From Alphaproteobacteria bacterium (GTDB taxonomy: Bacteria > Pseudomonadota > Alphaproteobacteria > Micavibrionales > Micavibrionaceae), in contig JAIXWE010000053.1 in NCBI GenBank assembly GCA_027482195.1, positions 3,308 to 67,307 on the forward strand: a DNA stretch of 64,000 nt, written 5' to 3'. Made by a program: the position numbers and the translations under genes. The notes beneath the pieces were generated by a model, which searched no databases, had not been told where the DNA came from, and was given only the letters and a program-made list of their open reading frames with translations. Shown in pieces: positions 59,417-64,000 of the stretch (positions within the stretch are counted from its first letter, which is position 1; every line of letters begins with the position of its first letter).

Positions 59417-60801
59417 GCGGCTTCGTCTTCGCGTTCAGTCGTTGAAATGTTGAGGGATTTGAGTTTGCGATGAAGGGCCGAGCGTTCCATTTCAACAAAA
59501 TGCGCGGTTTTTGAAATATTCCCATTAAAGCGATTGATTTGCGAAAGAAGATATTGGCGTTCAAACACTTCGCGCGCTTCACGCAACGGTAAAGACATCA
59601 AATCTTCACCCAAATTACTTTTTAAAGTTTGCGGAATGGTTTGGGCAATTTCTTGAGGGAGGTGATCAACCTGAACCGCTTGCGTCTCTGCGCCCTGCCC
59701 CATAATCATCAACCACTCAATCATGTTTTTTAATTGGCGGACATTGCCCGGCCAAGGATAGGCCAGGAGCGCAGAAAGTGCAGACGCTGTAAATTCCCGA
59801 CGCGGCAGACCTGATTGTGCGGCATAAGCCGCCATAAAATGTTCACACAAAAGCGGAATATCATCGCGGTGATCGCGCAAAGGCGGCACCGAAACCGGAA
59901 TGACATTCAAACGATAAAAAAGATCTTCGCGGAATGCGCCTTGGGTAATGCATTGTGCAAGATCGCGGTTGGTCGATGCAAGAATGCGCACATCGACTGT
60001 GACCAAATGATCGCCATTCACACGCATGAAATTTTGTTCTTGAAGAACGCGTAAAATTTTCCCTTGCGTTTCAAGGGGCATGTCCGCGACTTCATCCAAC
60101 AACAACGTGCCGCCATCGGCCCGTTCCAACATGCCGTAATGAATAATGCCTTTGTCTTCAGAACCAAAAAGATCGGATTCCAAGCGTTCGGGATTTAAAC
60201 TGGCGCAATTGATAATTTGAAAGAGACCTTGAGATCGTGCGGACATGTTATGAATGGCGCGCGCGACAATTTCTTTCCCCGCACCGGCCTCGCCCGTAAT
60301 CAGCACACGGCTGTTTGTGGCGGCAACCCGCGCGATGATCGATTTTAAATTTTGCAACGTGTGCGATTCCCCAATCAAGGGTGAATCAACGGACGCTTGC
60401 GCGCGCAGAAGTTCAACCTCGCGCTTGAGTTTGGAAGATTCAAGCGCGCGTTCCAGCATCAATAAAAGGCGATCTGTCTTAAAAGGTTTCTCAATAAAAT
60501 CATAAGCGCCGCGTTGAATGGCTGTCACCGCCGTTTCAATCGTCCCATGTCCAGAGATCATAATGACAGGAAGATGTTTGTGCGTTTTCTTGACCGTTTC
60601 AAGAATTTGAAGTCCGTCATGCTCACTGTTTTGAAGCCAGATATCCAATATGATCAACGAAGGCGTGCGCGTTTCAATTTGCGCATAGGCTTCTTTTGCG
60701 TGTGCAGCTTCACGCACGCTGTAACCCTCATCTTCGAGTATACCGCGGATGAGTGCGCGGATATCGGATTCATCATCAACAATTAAAATATCTTCACGCA
60801 T
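59413..60801 (-). CDS. ntrX: Two-component sigma-54-type response regulator NtrX
   Basis: It has a receiver domain (VDDE, LDIWL), an AAA+ domain (GEAGAGKE, LLLDEV) and a C-terminal HTH. It lies downstream of ntrY. Confidence 0.85.
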   Translation of the reverse strand: MREDILIVDDESDIRALIRGILEDEGYSVREAAHAKEAYAQIETRTPSLIILDIWLQNSEHDGLQILETVKKTHKHLPVIMISGHGTIETAVTAIQRGAYDFIEKPFKTDRLLLMLERALESSKLKREVELLRAQASVDSPLIGESHTLQNLKSIIARVAATNSRVLITGEAGAGKEIVARAIHNMSARSQGLFQIINCASLNPERLESDLFGSEDKGIIHYGMLERADGGTLLLDEVADMPLETQGKILRVLQEQNFMRVNGDHLVTVDVRILASTNRDLAQCITQGAFREDLFYRLNVIPVSVPPLRDHRDDIPLLCEHFMAAYAAQSGLPRREFTASALSALLAYPWPGNVRQLKNMIEWLMIMGQGAETQAVQVDHLPQEIAQTIPQTLKSNLGEDLMSLPLREAREVFERQYLLSQINRFNGNISKTAHFVEMERSALHRKLKSLNISTTEREDEAA

Positions 60802-63043
60802 GCTCTGCCTCTTTTTCCTCTAATGGCAAGCGTAATGTGATCCGCGCGCCATGGTCAAGATTTTGAAAATGAATCTGGCCTTTATGATCTTCCAAAATCT
60901 TTTTCACAATTGCCAAACCTAAACCCGTTCCTTTTTCACGTAAAGTGACATAAGGCTCTGTCAAGCTTTGCGGATCGCGGTCTTTGGGAAGTCCTATGCC
61001 ATTATCTTCGATGGAAATATCCAACCACTCATTCTGTGTTGTCACTGTGAGGGAAATTTTCCCAGCTGGCTCAGGTGTTTTTTGTAAACGCGCCGTTACG
61101 GAATCAAGGGCGTTGGTGATAATATTCGTTACGGCTTGGCGTATTTGTTGATCATCACACATAAGGTTGTTGGCGGCCGGATGAGACGCGAAATCAAAAC
61201 GAATATCAGGATGAGCTTGCTTATTGAGTATAAAAATATCTTGCAAAATGCGGTTGATATTATGGGGTTTCATTACGGCTTCCGGCATGCGCGCAAAAGA
61301 TGAAAATTCATTGACCATATGGCCAATATCACCCACATGTTTGACGATGGTATCAATGCATTGGCTGAAAATTGCTTGCTCCGATTCCGGAATACTTGTG
61401 AGATATTTGCGCTTAAGACGCTCTGCGGAAAGTTGAATTGGTGTCAGGGGGTTTTTTATTTCATGCGCGATACGCCGCGCTACATCTGACCATGCCGCTT
61501 TGCGTTGAGCAGATTGCAAATCTGTAATATCATCAAGTGTGATAATGGCTCCTTGGTCGGACTCACCAATGAGTTCAATCGCAATTTTTACAAGTAAAAC
61601 GCGCATACTTTTTTCACCCGTGTGGTGGGTGCATTCCGCTTGGGTAATTTTGTTTGATCGTTCATAAGCGCGGGGCAAGATTTCTTCCAGTTGTGGCAAA
61701 ATCTCAATAGCTTTTTTTTTTTTTTTTTGTGAGGTGCTTTGCCCAAGAATTTCGGCCGCCGAGTGATTGGCGAGTGTGATCATCCCCGCTTTATCCACGC
61801 TGATAATCCCTGATGATACGCCGGATAAAACAGTTTCGGTAAAGTGACGGCGTTGATCAAGAAGTTTGTTGACCGTCATTAAATCTGTTCTTTGTTGCAT
61901 GATTTGACTGGTCATACGATTAAACGAGCGCGCAAGATGATCAAATTCTTCCAAACCGCTATTCTCAGAAACGCGCGCGGTTAAATCTCCGCCCCTCACG
62001 CGATCAGAAACATCAATCAATCCAGAAATTGGTGTGGCAAGTTTGCGTGCAAACACAAGTCCAAACCACATGGATGATAAAAGTAAGACCAAAGCCACAA
62101 CGATATAAATCGCGGTTACGGTCAAACGCAAACCCGCATAACGCGTTGCGGCTTCGTCATATAGTTTGACGGCTTCACGCGTTTTTGAGACATGGTTCAA
62201 GACATTTGCCTCAACCTTACGTCCCACAAAAAGATAGGTATTGGTAAAGTTACGCAATTTTGTCATTGCGCGCACTCTGTCGTCATCTGTGTCCGTTAAA
62301 AGAACCACCTCACCTTTATCAACAGTATCAAAAGAAAAATCACTAATCTCATTTTGTGAGAAATTTTGATTAAGGCCGATGCGGATCATGGTTTCGCCGC
62401 CGCGCTGAAAAATAATGACTTCGGGCAGGTTACGCAAAAATGATTGCGTTTGAATAAATTGATTGAAATTTGCGGGGTTTGAAATAATTTGTGAGGCCGA
62501 GCGATCAATATCATTGGCCATGGCTAAAATATCGGCACGAATGACTTGTTGATGTTCTTGTAAATACGCTTCCGCAACCTCGCGCGACTCCGTGACGGCG
62601 GTGCGAATGCGATCCGAAAACCAGGATTGAACGCCATAGTGAAAAAAGAAAAGGGAGAACACCGTCATGATCAAGGCCGGAGCAATCGCCAGCAATCCAA
62701 AAATATAAACAAAGCGCACATGAAGGCGTGCACCAGGAATTCCGCGCCGCCATATATTTAAAAGTGCGGCAACGCGCCGCCCCACCAAAATCATCAATGT
62801 CAGCAAAATAACAAGGTCAATGTTCAAAAGCCAAATCACTGCGTCAGCATTCGTGCCAAAGGGCGGCATGGAATTTAAAGCGGCGTAGGTGGCAAATCCG
62901 GCCGCCAAAGCCGCGAGCGAAAGAAAAAGGGCAAGCTTGCCTTCCCATGATGATCCAACACGATCACGCAGTCGCCAAAGCCGCAAGGGGAGCCGAAGGC
63001 TTGAAAAAAAATTACGTTGTGACAAATTTTTCAACATGAGCAA
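60794..63043 (-). CDS. ntrY: Sensor histidine kinase NtrY
   Basis: It has N-terminal TM helices, HAMP and PAS domains, an H box (AHEIKNPLTPI) and HATPase motifs (DNGIGLP, GTGLGLAIV). Confidence 0.85.
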   Translation of the reverse strand: MLMLKNLSQRNFFSSLRLPLRLWRLRDRVGSSWEGKLALFLSLAALAAGFATYAALNSMPPFGTNADAVIWLLNIDLVILLTLMILVGRRVAALLNIWRRGIPGARLHVRFVYIFGLLAIAPALIMTVFSLFFFHYGVQSWFSDRIRTAVTESREVAEAYLQEHQQVIRADILAMANDIDRSASQIISNPANFNQFIQTQSFLRNLPEVIIFQRGGETMIRIGLNQNFSQNEISDFSFDTVDKGEVVLLTDTDDDRVRAMTKLRNFTNTYLFVGRKVEANVLNHVSKTREAVKLYDEAATRYAGLRLTVTAIYIVVALVLLLSSMWFGLVFARKLATPISGLIDVSDRVRGGDLTARVSENSGLEEFDHLARSFNRMTSQIMQQRTDLMTVNKLLDQRRHFTETVLSGVSSGIISVDKAGMITLANHSAAEILGQSTSQKKKKKAIEILPQLEEILPRAYERSNKITQAECTHHTGEKSMRVLLVKIAIELIGESDQGAIITLDDITDLQSAQRKAAWSDVARRIAHEIKNPLTPIQLSAERLKRKYLTSIPESEQAIFSQCIDTIVKHVGDIGHMVNEFSSFARMPEAVMKPHNINRILQDIFILNKQAHPDIRFDFASHPAANNLMCDDQQIRQAVTNIITNALDSVTARLQKTPEPAGKISLTVTTQNEWLDISIEDNGIGLPKDRDPQSLTEPYVTLREKGTGLGLAIVKKILEDHKGQIHFQNLDHGARITLRLPLEEKEAEHA
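61712..61728 (-). repeat. 17-nt homopolymeric A tract (T on the plus strand) inside ntrY, encoding QKKKKK
   Basis: Counted directly: T17 at 61712-61728. It is by far the longest homopolymer I saw in the window. Confidence 0.9.
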
Positions 63044-63086
63044 AATATCCCTGTTCCTTGATGAAAAAGCAAGCTAAACCAGTATT

Positions 63087-64000
63087 ATGAATGGTTTTTG
63101 TGCAATCATTACCGCGGCTGGAAGCGGTTTACGCTTAGGAGGAGAGCGCCCCAAGCAATTTGCACCCTTAGGTGCTGGTCAGGTTGTGTTGCACCACAGT
63201 ATAAAAGTTTTTTTACAACATCCTCAGCTTAAAAAACTTGTTTGTGTTTTGCCCGATACTTCTGATGATTTTCTAAAATATATCCCGCAAGATCCGCGTA
63301 TTGCTGTGTGTGGTGGGGCAGATACGCGCGCGGCGAGTGTGAAGGCCGGTGTTGATTTTCTCAATCATTCGCAACATGAAGGAATTGTTTTCATTCATGA
63401 TGCCGCCCGCCCGTTTGTGAGCCTCGACCTTATCAACCGCATTTTAAAAAAAATGGAACAGCATAAATCTGTCTGCCCCGTTATTCCGGTGCGTGACACC
63501 TTGCGCCGCAATGATCAAGATATTCTTCAAGATACGCTTGACCGAACACAGATGGTGCAAATTCAAACACCGCAAGCCTTTATGTTAGACGATATTCTCA
63601 AGGCCTATCAAAATGTGCCAGATTATAAATCATATACTGATGAAAGCTCGTTGATGAGTGCGGCTGGCTTTGATGTTGTTTCAATTTTAGGTGATGCAAA
63701 AAATTTTAAAATCACTTACCCAGAGGATTTGGAATTAGCGCGTGCTGTGGTATCTTCGGCTAAGATGATAAAAACAGGTTTTGGATATGATGTGCATGCA
63801 TTTTCACATGATGAGGCTGGGCCCGTCATGTTGTGTGGTGTGCCCATCCCTCACCCGCACCGTTTAAAAGGTCATTCAGATGCGGATGTTGCCCTTCATG
63901 CTATATGTGACGCGATTTTTGGCGTTTTGGGCGATGGGGATATTGGTACACATTTCCCGCCGTCTGATCCGCAATGGAAAAATGCGGCAAGCCAAATTTT
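63087..64000 (+). CDS. ispDF: Bifunctional IspD/IspF (MEP cytidylyltransferase / MEcPP synthase), 3' end cut by window edge
   Basis: Hand translation from the ATG at 63087 gives MNGFCAIITAAGSGLRLGGERPKQFAPL (IspD). In the same frame, KTGFGYDVHAF...GHSDADVALHAICDAIFG (IspF) starts at 63771. The frame is open to the window end and is absent from the ORF track because it has no stop. Confidence 0.9.
   Translation, partial: MNGFCAIITAAGSGLRLGGERPKQFAPLGAGQVVLHHSIKVFLQHPQLKKLVCVLPDTSDDFLKYIPQDPRIAVCGGADTRAASVKAGVDFLNHSQHEGIVFIHDAARPFVSLDLINRILKKMEQHKSVCPVIPVRDTLRRNDQDILQDTLDRTQMVQIQTPQAFMLDDILKAYQNVPDYKSYTDESSLMSAAGFDVVSILGDAKNFKITYPEDLELARAVVSSAKMIKTGFGYDVHAFSHDEAGPVMLCGVPIPHPHRLKGHSDADVALHAICDAIFGVLGDGDIGTHFPPSDPQWKNAASQI

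Overview
This 64-kb chromosomal segment has typical alphaproteobacterial gene content and order. On the left are tolQRAB and a long minus-strand run: rppH, yibQ-like, ctpA, envC-like, rlmH, rsfS, nadD, atpF/F'/E/B/I, smc, dsbA-like, ompA-like, suhB, efp. Then come mutY, ccrM, rnhB-pepN-obg-rpmA-rplU and a histidine kinase/response regulator/L,D-transpeptidase operon. On the right are mltB-rlpA-dacC-tmk-holB-metG-tatD-MBL-queA, mazG, hflX-hfq, ntrX-ntrY and a partial ispDF. Genes are tightly packed with many 1-8 nt overlaps. I found one tRNA, tRNA-Ser(UGA), and no rRNA, CRISPR array, transposase or integrase.

The stand-out region is a block of about 15 kb (30.3-45.4 kb) lying against the 3' end of tRNA-Ser. 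It looks AT-richer than its flanks and holds seven ORFs with no housekeeping identity:
- A three-gene operon of giant proteins (894, 1249 and 1259 aa). The second carries an RNase J-like metallo-beta-lactamase/beta-CASP core. The third starts with an exonuclease I (SbcB)-like DEDDh domain.
- A divergently transcribed DeoC/DERA-like aldolase.
- A short ORF that looks like a collapsed remnant of a mobile-element methylase-helicase gene.
- A charged 350-aa protein and a secreted 295-aa protein.

The promoter regions of the block share a CGTGAAA(C/T) motif family. This includes a perfect 15-bp palindrome, a 12-bp tandem repeat and a perfect 16-bp inverted repeat that brackets the block. I treat this block as the candidate undescribed system. 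Its function is unknown, and all fold assignments come from motif reading only.

Other observations:
- Six GANTC sites lie in 81 bp upstream of ccrM.
- A 17-nt poly(A) tract sits inside ntrY.
- A BspA-type LRR protein gene is inserted between queA and mazG.
- The ATP synthase b' subunit has an N-terminal signal-like extension.
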